From a virus (Duplodnaviria; Caudoviricetes), in IMG/VR virus record IMGVR_UViG_3300021978_000001, positions 64,001 through 128,000 of that record: a DNA stretch of 64,000 nt; one strand, written 5' to 3'. This document shows, one piece after another, positions 38,782 through 46,876 of the stretch (its first letter is position 1; every line of letters starts with the position of its first letter). The notes under the pieces are model-generated. The model made no database searches and had not been told where the DNA came from. It was given only the letters and a program-made list of their open reading frames with translations. The position numbers were made by a program, and so were the translations under genes.

Positions 38782-39032
38782 GTCTCTATGCTCCTATCTA
38801 TCATCTCATCCCAGGCATCGTCGAGACTTTTGCGATGCTCTTTCGCGCGTCGCAGGCTTCGCCTTGCTTGCTTCTCGCCAAGAAGATCCAGGCGTATGGC
38901 TGCCAGGAAATCAAAATCCGCTGCCGCCCGAAGACGCTCCTCGCGCGCCAACTGCTCTCGCGCCTGCACGGCACGTTTCTCCTGTTCTTCAGGGAGATTG
39001 AAGCGCCACTTCTTGAAGAGGTTGATGATCAT
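38778..39032 (-). CDS. Hypothetical protein
   Basis: ATGA overlap with upstream gene. Confidence 0.65.
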   Translation of the reverse strand: MIINLFKKWRFNLPEEQEKRAVQAREQLAREERLRAAADFDFLAAIRLDLLGEKQARRSLRRAKEHRKSLDDAWDEMIDRSIET

Positions 39033-39355
39033 GGCGAGTCCCCAAGGCTCTCTTCGCTCTGTGTCTGCTCGGCATGCGTCAGGATGCGCAACATCTCCTC
39101 TCGTGAGAGCAGGTTCCTGGCGGCGCCCACGAAGTTGTTGGCGTCTTGCCAGGAGGTCTTGAGCTTGCCGTACAAGACCTGGAGATCCTTGTTCACAATG
39201 AGGAGCGAGAAGCGACCCAACCCTATGTCGAGCTGTTTGCCACGCACGTCCACGTAATACCCCACATTGTGCGCACCGAAGCACACCTGCAAGGTCGCGC
39301 CCGCCGTACTCGCATCTGCTGGAGCGGGTTTTGGCTTACCGAAACAACGCCACAT
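39029..39355 (-). CDS. Hypothetical protein
   Basis: GGAGG RBS before ATG at 39355. Confidence 0.7.
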   Translation of the reverse strand: MWRCFGKPKPAPADASTAGATLQVCFGAHNVGYYVDVRGKQLDIGLGRFSLLIVNKDLQVLYGKLKTSWQDANNFVGAARNLLSREEMLRILTHAEQTQSEESLGDSP

Positions 39356-39441
39356 GATTCCTCCTATGAAAAAACCTCCATGCCCATCATCGAACATGGA
39401 GGTTCCTTTCTACCTCAAAAGAAGTAACCCTGTCAAGTGTA

Positions 39442-40416
39442 TCAGGGTTTGAAGCTCTTGAACTTCTCGTGCACATAGTAAAAGTGCTCTCGCAAGGCTT
39501 CGCTCGGTACCCCTTGTAAGATGCCCATGAGATTCTGGAAGCCTTCATGCGGGAGCATCTCCGCCTGGAAACGCGAGACAGGCGGCGCATAGGTCATCGC
39601 CTGTATACGCGCACGTTCCTGGGCACGCTCGCGCGACGCAGGAGTACGGTGATGGAACGTGCGCACCTCTTCGGCCTCTTTGAGGTAGAACAACCCTCCA
39701 CGCACATTAACCCACCAGGGGAACCGTCTGGTCGTGAAAGAATACCCCCGGCTCGGGGTTTGCCAGGGTCTCACATACACCACACCTCCCAGAGGTGAGA
39801 CGTATGAGATGGTGCTGTCGATCTGTTGAAAGCACACCACTTCGCCCGCTTTCCCCCCTTCTGGACCCTTCGGGGTGTCATCGGGATGGTGGGTCCAGTC
39901 GATGTTCATCTGCATCATATACAGGAGACGGGTGGCGTCTTCCCGCTCAAGCGTCACCCCCTTCGAGGAGGTCACGGCCTTGTAACAGTGGTACGGGTCA
40001 TCCGTTCCATACGCAGGAACCAGGCACACCGCCCACACAAGCTCGGGCTCTTCTGCGGTCGCGAACATCGCCCACTCGCGCTCCATAGCCTTGGCCCACA
40101 GTGACGTGACTGTCCAATCCAGCAACGCATACAGCGGATCACAAGGCGAGGTGTACGCCACAAACAAGGCATCTGTGAGGGACTGGAGCGTCTCTGCGGC
40201 AAGCTCAGGCGATTCACGGCGCAGGGTAGGGTAGTACCAGTCCCAGTGCTCTGTGCGGTCAGGGTGGAGCCAGGGGAGCGCTGTGAGCGCAGAATACGCA
40301 CGAGCATAGCAACTGGGATATTGCTGCTGGGTAGAAGATCGCAGCTCACCGAGCAACGTGGCGTACACCCTGGCCAGGTGCGGATACCCTTCGAGCGTTC
40401 GGTGGTCGAGTTCCAT
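39442..40416 (-). CDS. Hypothetical protein
   Basis: TGATG overlap with the radical SAM gene. Confidence 0.7.
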   Translation of the reverse strand: MELDHRTLEGYPHLARVYATLLGELRSSTQQQYPSCYARAYSALTALPWLHPDRTEHWDWYYPTLRRESPELAAETLQSLTDALFVAYTSPCDPLYALLDWTVTSLWAKAMEREWAMFATAEEPELVWAVCLVPAYGTDDPYHCYKAVTSSKGVTLEREDATRLLYMMQMNIDWTHHPDDTPKGPEGGKAGEVVCFQQIDSTISYVSPLGGVVYVRPWQTPSRGYSFTTRRFPWWVNVRGGLFYLKEAEEVRTFHHRTPASRERAQERARIQAMTYAPPVSRFQAEMLPHEGFQNLMGILQGVPSEALREHFYYVHEKFKSFKP

Positions 40417-41891
40417 CACACACACTCCAAATACACAGTCGGTTCATACACGCGCATCTTATCCCATGCCTCTTGCATGCGTTCCTGCACATCGAACCAA
40501 CGTCCGTTCGTGTCTGCGAGGGGCACGCTGTATTCAGCGGGCGCGTAAGATGAGGGGCGAAGCTCCATCTCCATCAAATCGAGGTAACCCGAACGTGACC
40601 CTTCGAGCGTGTAGAAGTAAGTGTCGAGGTTGTTGGCGCGCAGCCCCTCTTCCCACGCCTTGGCGAGCTGGGTGTCGATCCCGAGGTACCTCCAGGGGCC
40701 ACTATCGCGCCACCCTGCGGTCTCGACAGACGTGATGATGCGCTCGTACAAGCCCGTCATATCATGCGTCTCGAAGTCTTTACCAAAGCCCACAGGCTTG
40801 TACCCGAGCAAGAGCACTTCGAGCTTGTGCTCTTGTGCGCGAGCCACGATCTCCACGATGTCATCGAGAGGCATCGTCCCCACCACCACATGCAAACGGA
40901 TCGAAGGTGCTCCAGGGAAGGTAGGCCGCGCTGCTGCGACCTTGAAGACTTCCTCCGGGCTGTGGCAAGAGAACCCCACGGCGCGGATGTGGCAGCCGAT
41001 GTCTGGCCCGAGGGAACGCAACCATGCCAGATTCCGCGTCGTCAAGCTCACGTTGAGGTTGGCCTTGCGCGCTTCATCGATAAACGTGTTGAGCCCTGGA
41101 TGCAACGTCGGCTCTCCCCCTCCCAGGGCCACCTCGAAGACACCCCATCTCGCGAGAGAGCGCGCCCACGAATGACGGAAGAGATCCGCATGTGAGCCAT
41201 CCATCGTCGAGCTTTGAGAACAGAACGCACACCCGAACGGGCAGTATTGGTTGATCTTGATGTCGAGAAGCTCGGGCACGGGCGCGCGCTCTCGCGGCTT
41301 CGGGTTCTTCTCGAAGCTGATCGTGACCTTGTTCCCGAACACAGGATCGAAGGTGACCCACCAGTCCCCCTCCTGACGCGCGTACACCACCCTGCTGAAG
41401 TGTTTCTCCATATCAAAGCGCTGCACGCTCCAATCACTGGTGCTCGTTTCTGCCTGTTCTCGGAGCGGATGGGTACCGCCGTTATCGTTCCCTCCGAGGA
41501 TCACAACATCTTCGCGCCCAAAGTAAGCTGCGACCGCACGCGCGAAGCCTTCATGCACATGCCCCGTGCTCATGTCACGAGGGAGATTCCACATGCTCTG
41601 GTGGTCGATAAAACCATCAGGGTCATAGGGGATACCCGTGATGCCTTCGACGGCTTGCGGCTTGATCCAGGCGGGCACATCCAACGCGTTGGCGAGGATC
41701 TGGTTGAAGTAGCGGAGCTTGTCTTCGGTTTCGGTCAAGGTGAATTGATCCCACCCAAACTGCTGGAGCCCCATATCCGGGGCGACAGGAGAGATACCTT
41801 GCTCTTGCGCGGACCCAGGCAACACGAGGATCGAGTGTGTGGAGGATGAGTTACTGGCGTGTCCCAGCCGGATGTTGTCTACGTGAATCAT
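40416..41891 (-). CDS. Radical SAM protein with N-terminal SNSSSTHS domain
   Basis: CPFGCAFC (CxxxCxxC), ALGGGEPTLHP; ATGA overlap at 41891. Confidence 0.92.
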   Translation of the reverse strand: MIHVDNIRLGHASNSSSTHSILVLPGSAQEQGISPVAPDMGLQQFGWDQFTLTETEDKLRYFNQILANALDVPAWIKPQAVEGITGIPYDPDGFIDHQSMWNLPRDMSTGHVHEGFARAVAAYFGREDVVILGGNDNGGTHPLREQAETSTSDWSVQRFDMEKHFSRVVYARQEGDWWVTFDPVFGNKVTISFEKNPKPRERAPVPELLDIKINQYCPFGCAFCSQSSTMDGSHADLFRHSWARSLARWGVFEVALGGGEPTLHPGLNTFIDEARKANLNVSLTTRNLAWLRSLGPDIGCHIRAVGFSCHSPEEVFKVAAARPTFPGAPSIRLHVVVGTMPLDDIVEIVARAQEHKLEVLLLGYKPVGFGKDFETHDMTGLYERIITSVETAGWRDSGPWRYLGIDTQLAKAWEEGLRANNLDTYFYTLEGSRSGYLDLMEMELRPSSYAPAEYSVPLADTNGRWFDVQERMQEAWDKMRVYEPTVYLECV

Positions 41892-42340
41892 GTGTCTTCT
41901 ACCTCTTCTGTTTCTTCGGCTGGCTCTTTGGCTACAGAGCGTCCTATCTTTTCTTTCCACGCCTTCAAGCGCACGAGCATTATCTCGTTTTGCAAGGTAC
42001 GCAGCTCTTTCAAGTGCGTGACCAACTCTTCGAGGCTCATGGGCATCTCGGATGAAGGCGGCCCGCACAACCCACATGTGCTAACCCCATAGCGCAAGCG
42101 GCACATCTGCTGGTAACGCTTGGTCCACCGTTTGGTGTCTTCACCTTCCCACTCAAGACCATGCGCGACCCAGTAGTAGCGCAACGTCAAGAGATACGCA
42201 GCCTCGACCTCTTGAGGCGTGATGCCGTGCATATGGGGGCGTTCTTCCATCGAGTCGAGGTGCGCTTTCATCTCGCGGATGACCGCGAGTAACGCCTCTG
42301 CTGAATCGACGGCGCTAAAGTCCCATGTGAGTATGTCCAT
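41888..42340 (-). CDS. Hypothetical protein
   Basis: Downstream of promoter TTGACT-17-TATGCT at about 42379-42407. Confidence 0.7.
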   Translation of the reverse strand: MDILTWDFSAVDSAEALLAVIREMKAHLDSMEERPHMHGITPQEVEAAYLLTLRYYWVAHGLEWEGEDTKRWTKRYQQMCRLRYGVSTCGLCGPPSSEMPMSLEELVTHLKELRTLQNEIMLVRLKAWKEKIGRSVAKEPAEETEEVEDT

Positions 42341-42409
42341 ACAACGGTCTCCAGGTTCAGGTTATCGAACCCGGAGAGCATACCTTGACGTCATGAGAAG
42401 AGTCAAGCC

Positions 42410-42754
42410 TTACATCCACTGCGGCCCTGTATCGCCACGTAGACGCGAGAGACACGCGCAGGCGAAGTCCCTGGCCTCGGTATCGGCAGAACCGAAGATG
42501 ACGTTCTCTGGAGCGTGGAGCGCGTCGAACAGAATGTTCCGTGCCTCTCCAGGCGTCTCCGCGTTGGCCGCCTCATCCATCGCTTTGGTCAAGCGACAGG
42601 CGACAGCCTCCCAGCCTTCCTTGATGGTGAACAGGGACCAGTATTCGTGCGCGACAAACTCGCGCTTTCCGGTGTGGTCACACAAAACCTCGAACCCTTC
42701 CATCACGCGGTCGCGAAAGAAGGGGTGGGCGATCTCTTGTCGGGTCATGGCCAT
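42410..42754 (-). CDS. Hypothetical protein
   Basis: ORF in operon. Confidence 0.7.
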   Translation of the reverse strand: MAMTRQEIAHPFFRDRVMEGFEVLCDHTGKREFVAHEYWSLFTIKEGWEAVACRLTKAMDEAANAETPGEARNILFDALHAPENVIFGSADTEARDFACACLSRLRGDTGPQWM

Positions 42755-42757
42755 GGT

Positions 42758-43045
42758 TCACTTCTCCTCAAGGCATTGGTCCACGAACTGCTTGCAGCGC
42801 TTGAGGCTTCCGGGGTAGTGCTCGCGGCGCTGTTGAATCATGCGCACTTTCCAGTCCCCGTCTGCGAGGCGGTTGATGCGCTGCTCGCGGTAGTACCAGT
42901 AGGTGGTGCCGTTGGTGTAGGTCACCTTGACCGTGCCTGCGCTCATGCGGAGCGTGACCTGGCCCTGTTCGAGCTGGCGCTCGATGGTGTTCGCGATATG
43001 TTGAGGAAGGTGCTCGGTGTACTTTGGTGCGATTTGGTCCGTCAT
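42758..43045 (-). CDS. Hypothetical early protein, paralog of 30984..31262
   Basis: RMSAGTVKVT motif and the same promoter/leader. Confidence 0.75.
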   Translation of the reverse strand: MTDQIAPKYTEHLPQHIANTIERQLEQGQVTLRMSAGTVKVTYTNGTTYWYYREQRINRLADGDWKVRMIQQRREHYPGSLKRCKQFVDQCLEEK

Positions 43046-43204
43046 GGTGTCCCTCTCTATCGTGTCGTGCTGTTTCGTTGTCGTCTTGTCCGTACACTTA
43101 CTGATACCACAAGGGTAAGGTACCGTAAAAACTTTCTTCAAGATTTCTCGAAGAAAGTCCTTACAGCCCCGTGAGAGAGAGGCTACATGCGGGTGAGAGG
43201 TGCC

Positions 43205-43480
43205 TCACTTTTTGGGGTCGAGGTCATCGGGGCAGGGAAACACCACCTGATGCCAGGGGTAAATCACCGCCTCCACGTCGGGGTCTCCGACTCCGAGCGC
43301 CTTGCCAAGCTCCGAGAGCTTCCCGCGAAGGTGCATGATATTTGGGCTCAGGATGAGGACCGAGATGCCTCGGGTCCAGCCCCCCTCGCGCAAGGGGGAG
43401 TTGGCGGGCAGGTCGATGAACTTCACTGCCTCGCGGGGAGCGTCGATGTAGGTGTCGAGGAGGTCGTCAATGTAGGCCAT
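43205..43480 (-). CDS. Hypothetical protein
   Basis: AAGGAAG RBS. Confidence 0.7.
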   Translation of the reverse strand: MAYIDDLLDTYIDAPREAVKFIDLPANSPLREGGWTRGISVLILSPNIMHLRGKLSELGKALGVGDPDVEAVIYPWHQVVFPCPDDLDPKK

Positions 43481-43484
43481 GGTA

Positions 43485-43655
43485 TCACTTCCTTGCTTTG
43501 CGAGTCATGCAACGTGCGGCAAATTCAGCTTCCTCTCGCGACCTGTAGGTCACGACGCCCCCTTGTGGCATCCTCAAGGGTTGCCCGTTCTTCTCGACCC
43601 AGTGGGTCTCGCGAGTCTTGACGTCAGGGTGCGTTCCGCTCTTGGCTTTATACAT
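43485..43655 (-). CDS. Small hypothetical protein (56 aa, MYKAKSGTHP...; not in track)
   Basis: Same AAGGAAGTGATACCATG start context as 43480. Confidence 0.7.
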   Translation of the reverse strand: MYKAKSGTHPDVKTRETHWVEKNGQPLRMPQGGVVTYRSREEAEFAARCMTRKARK

Positions 43656-43702
43656 GGTATCACTTCCTTATCTAAGGTTGGGTTGGTGTGTCCGCGAGGC
43701 TC

Positions 43703-43912
43703 TCAGAGGATCTCCATGTACCACTCGTAAGAGGTCTCGCCGTGGAAGTAGACGTGGGTAACTCCGTTGGGGTCAATCTCGGCAGCTTCGCAGGCTGCCT
43801 TGACGATGGCTCGCGCTTCTGCCCTTGTCGCTTTCGCGTCACACTCGACCGCGATCTTCCAACCTTCGTCATACACTTCGCACTCGATGCCGTTCACTTT
43901 AACTTCCGTCAT
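43703..43912 (-). CDS. Small hypothetical protein
   Basis: GAGGGACATCATG start behind promoter at 43972. Confidence 0.7.
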   Translation of the reverse strand: MTEVKVNGIECEVYDEGWKIAVECDAKATRAEARAIVKAACEAAEIDPNGVTHVYFHGETSYEWYMEIL

Positions 43913-44082
43913 GATGTCCCTCATATCGTTTCGTGCCGTGGTGTGTTGTCGTCTTCCGTTCCGTACATTTACTGATACCACAAGGCATGAGGGGCGTAAA
44001 AACTTTCTCGAAGAAAAAACGAAGAAAGCTCTTACGCCGCCAGGACAGGTAGGCGACATACGGTCGAGAGGGTCTGACGTTT

Positions 44083-44610
44083 TTACACGAGCGAACGGAA
44101 CGTCAGGTTGATACGAGGCTCGGTCACTCTCTTGCGCGCGGGCAAGGAATGCTCCCAGGTGCGCTGCATGCCTCTCGGCATCACGAGCAAGCTCCCGTGA
44201 GTCAAGGTGAGATCGGTCTGCTCGCTGCGGTCCTTACGGCGCAGCTTGAAGTCACGCGCGGCGCCAAAGGACAGGGACGCGATGACGGCATCCTCCCCGA
44301 ACAGCTCCTCATCATCCGCATGCCACCCGATCTTGTCGGAGCCATCACGGTAAAGGTTCGCGAGCACCGTGGGGAGTCGCTCTCCTACGTGCGCCTGGAC
44401 CGCCTCCTGTAGCTCCAGGAGCAAGGGGGGAAGTTCGCGCGCCTCCCAGGTCAGGTTGGAGTACGTGTAGTCTACAGGGCCGTACCACGCGGTCAGGCGA
44501 GGTTGTGGGTAGCGCTTGCCATAGACCGTGACCGAGCGTTGCTCGAAGTCGATGGCGTCTCGGAGCTGGTCGAGGCTCACGTCGGTGAAGTTTTCGATGA
44601 ACTCGTGCAT
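44083..44610 (-). CDS. alkB: AlkB-family 2OG-Fe(II) dioxygenase (ALKBH2/3-like)
   Basis: QPRLTAWYG, LANLYRDGSDKIGWHADDE (HxD), ASLSFG, WEHSLP, RINLTFR. Confidence 0.95.
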   Translation of the reverse strand: MHEFIENFTDVSLDQLRDAIDFEQRSVTVYGKRYPQPRLTAWYGPVDYTYSNLTWEARELPPLLLELQEAVQAHVGERLPTVLANLYRDGSDKIGWHADDEELFGEDAVIASLSFGAARDFKLRRKDRSEQTDLTLTHGSLLVMPRGMQRTWEHSLPARKRVTEPRINLTFRSLV

Positions 44611-44692
44611 GGGAATACCTCTTGTCGTGTCAGTCTGTGTTTTCATCATCGTGCACTTGCTGATACCACAAGGATTAGGAGGTGTAAAACTC

Positions 44693-44941
44693 TCATCGGG
44701 GTGAAGGGAACACGTACTCATCCCCTGGCGCATGGTGAACGTGCTCATCCTCGGGGAAGTGTTTGTGAGCACCGAGCCAGGGCACGTACTGGAGGGCGCC
44801 TTCGTCGTCTTCGAGTTCGTAATAGAGCTTGCCTGTCACATCAATCATCGGCGCCATGACCTCGCGGGTCTCGGTTTCGACGATCATGTGGGTCCGGTTC
44901 CACGCGTAGCCCCGGACCATGTGGTATTTGGAAAACGTCAT
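44693..44941 (-). CDS. Hypothetical protein
   Basis: GGAGAGG RBS; 82 aa. Confidence 0.65.
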   Translation of the reverse strand: MTFSKYHMVRGYAWNRTHMIVETETREVMAPMIDVTGKLYYELEDDEGALQYVPWLGAHKHFPEDEHVHHAPGDEYVFPSPR

Positions 44942-44995
44942 CTCATGCCTCTCCAGGTGTGTAGGCTGTTTGGGGGGTGCCTTTCTGACAACCTT

Positions 44996-45685
44996 TTAGT
45001 TAGTAGGGGCGTAGAACTCCGGCATCCCCTCGACGGTGTACCCGAGCGGGACGTACACGTCTGACAGGAGCGTGTCGAGGGCTTCCTTGAAATAAGACGC
45101 GAGAGGCGGCCCTCCAATCACATTCAAGCCCAACTCTTCTCCCTCCTCATTCAAGGCAGTGAGAGACTCGTGGTGCTCTCGAATCAGGCGCGCGAAGCCT
45201 TCCTGCACCTCATCATACGTCAGAGCCTCTTCGAGCATGCACTCGAAGTCTCGAATAAGCTCTTGCACGACCGTGGCGATACGCGCGCCATGGGCGGCGG
45301 CGTGCGGCTTGAAAGTCTTGGGTTTGCCCTGAAGCTCCGCAGTGAGGATGAGTACCCACAACGGGTTGAGAGACAGCGCCAGCGTGAGCGCGACCATGGC
45401 ATTGGGTGGCGCCAGCGTGTCATGGAACGCATTCAGAATGTCAAAGCCCAGTTCCGTATCCGACAGCTCTACCACGCTCTCGGGGATCTGCATATGCGTC
45501 GCGGTAGGCAAGTTTGGCGCGAGGCTCTGGAGAAGCGCGACCGCGCGCACCCATCCGCAGACAGGTTGAAAATCCAGCTCCATGGTGAGCTTCAGCGCTT
45601 GCCGGTCTGAAATGACCCAGGACTTTTCGGTTTCGAGCTTGCGCCCTGCGAGCAGGCGCGCGGCCTTGATAAGATCTTGTGGCAT
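44996..45685 (-). CDS. Hypothetical protein
   Basis: Behind promoter at 45722. Confidence 0.7.
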   Translation of the reverse strand: MPQDLIKAARLLAGRKLETEKSWVISDRQALKLTMELDFQPVCGWVRAVALLQSLAPNLPTATHMQIPESVVELSDTELGFDILNAFHDTLAPPNAMVALTLALSLNPLWVLILTAELQGKPKTFKPHAAAHGARIATVVQELIRDFECMLEEALTYDEVQEGFARLIREHHESLTALNEEGEELGLNVIGGPPLASYFKEALDTLLSDVYVPLGYTVEGMPEFYAPTN

Positions 45686-45760
45686 GATTGACTCCGTTGT
45701 CGTGTGTGCCATTGGAGTCTCTTGTTACCACAAGCGCTAGAAGGTGTAAAGACAGAAAGC

Positions 45761-46051
45761 TCAAGACGGATAACGAAACTCACGCACATTATCCCAATAC
45801 GTCTCTTGCGAGTACCGGATCACGCGATGAGAAACCCCGTATTCACTCTGAAGAACCTCGATCACTGCCAACAGCTTCCAGGCACCTATCCCTTCACAGC
45901 TCGCCATGGCATACATATCCCCGCGCCACACCCCACCACTTGCCCTGATGATCTGGAGAAAGTGCAGCGCTTGTGCGTGGATCATGTTCTGAGGCCACTT
46001 GCGTGCCTTGTTTACGGTACGCAGCTCATCATGGAACGCATTAATCAACAT
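45761..46051 (-). CDS. Hypothetical protein
   Basis: GAGG RBS; preceded by an AT-rich inverted-repeat pair. Confidence 0.6.
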   Translation of the reverse strand: MLINAFHDELRTVNKARKWPQNMIHAQALHFLQIIRASGGVWRGDMYAMASCEGIGAWKLLAVIEVLQSEYGVSHRVIRYSQETYWDNVREFRYPS

Positions 46052-46062
46052 AGAGCACCTCG

Positions 46063-46143
46063 ATATTCATTATAATGCATATCAAGACCTTTCGAGCTAC
46101 TTTCGAGACCCGAATTGCACAGAATATGCATTATAATGAATAT
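46063..46143. repeat. Perfect 20-bp inverted repeat pair, each arm containing the palindrome CATTATAATG
   Basis: 46063-46082 is the exact reverse complement of 46124-46143. Confidence 0.9.
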
Positions 46144-46145
46144 GG

Positions 46146-46400
46146 TCACAGGATAGTGTAGCCCTGCTCGGTGAGCCACGCGCGCAACGCGGTAACGTCC
46201 CGGTCGGGGAAGGGGCTGAGACGCACGGTCCGGCCATCTTCGAGCGTGGCCGTCGCCAGGACGTGACTATACCCTGGAAACAGATCACCGACCGCGTATG
46301 CTCCGAGATCCGGGAGCACGAAGCAACTCTGCTGTCGTGGCGGCGTCGCGTACACGGCATGAACGCGGTTTCCCGCTGTGACTCGCATAAAATGATACAT
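46146..46400 (-). CDS. Hypothetical protein (84 aa) directly after the CRISPR trailer repeat
   Basis: AGGAG RBS abuts the degenerate repeat; MYHFMRVTAG... Confidence 0.65.
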   Translation of the reverse strand: MYHFMRVTAGNRVHAVYATPPRQQSCFVLPDLGAYAVGDLFPGYSHVLATATLEDGRTVRLSPFPDRDVTALRAWLTEQGYTIL

Positions 46401-46408
46401 CTCTTTTC

Positions 46409-46730
46409 TCCTAAGCCCCGCATGCGCGGGGAACCTGGTTTGTGCTATCTGGCACGGCGGGCCATCCCCGCATACGCGGGGAACACTCTCTCTTGTCGTC
46501 TCAGTCAACGCCAGGTGTGGGGCCATCCCCGCATACGCGGGGAACACTGCGTGTAGAGTGAGCCCCTCTCTTCCCAAACGGGACCATCCCCGCATGCGCG
46601 GGGAATACGCGAATCAAAATCGAGGTCAAGCCCTTCTTGGCGGACCATCCCCGCATGCGCGGGGAACACTGCGCTTCCTTGTCTTTCTCGTCCTTCGAGC
46701 GCGGACCATCCCCGCATGCGCGGGGAACAC
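46409..46730 (-). CRISPR. Type I-E mini-array: 5 repeats plus 1 degenerate trailer, four 33-nt spacers; no cas genes in the window
   Basis: Repeat GTGTTCCCCGCG(C/T)ATGCGGGGATGG(T/C)CC at 46459, 46520, 46581, 46642, 46703 with an exact 61-bp period; trailer at 46409 after a 22-nt spacer. Confidence 0.95.
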
Positions 46731-46803
46731 TCTGAGACATCTTGTCACAGTTCAGCACGCCGATGACCTCGAACAACACCCATTCCCGAGTGTCAGAGAC
46801 AGA

Positions 46804-46840
46804 AATACCCTACTTGATGGGTGATGTCAAGTAGGGTATT
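46804..46840 (-). promoter_or_regulatory. 14-bp inverted repeat (TACTTGA-N9-TCAAGTA core) containing TTGACA; array leader promoter/operator
   Basis: AATACCCTACTTGA / TCAAGTAGGGTATT. Confidence 0.7.
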
Positions 46841-46876
46841 GAGGATCAGCGCAGGTATTCTTTACTGAGGTACTCC

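Noticed and set aside
46097-46779. Track ORFs spanning the CRISPR array (e.g. 46146..46595 N-terminus, 46501..46779)
   Set aside because: They are translations of repeats (VFPAHAG/SVPRVCGD); only 46146..46400 has its own RBS.
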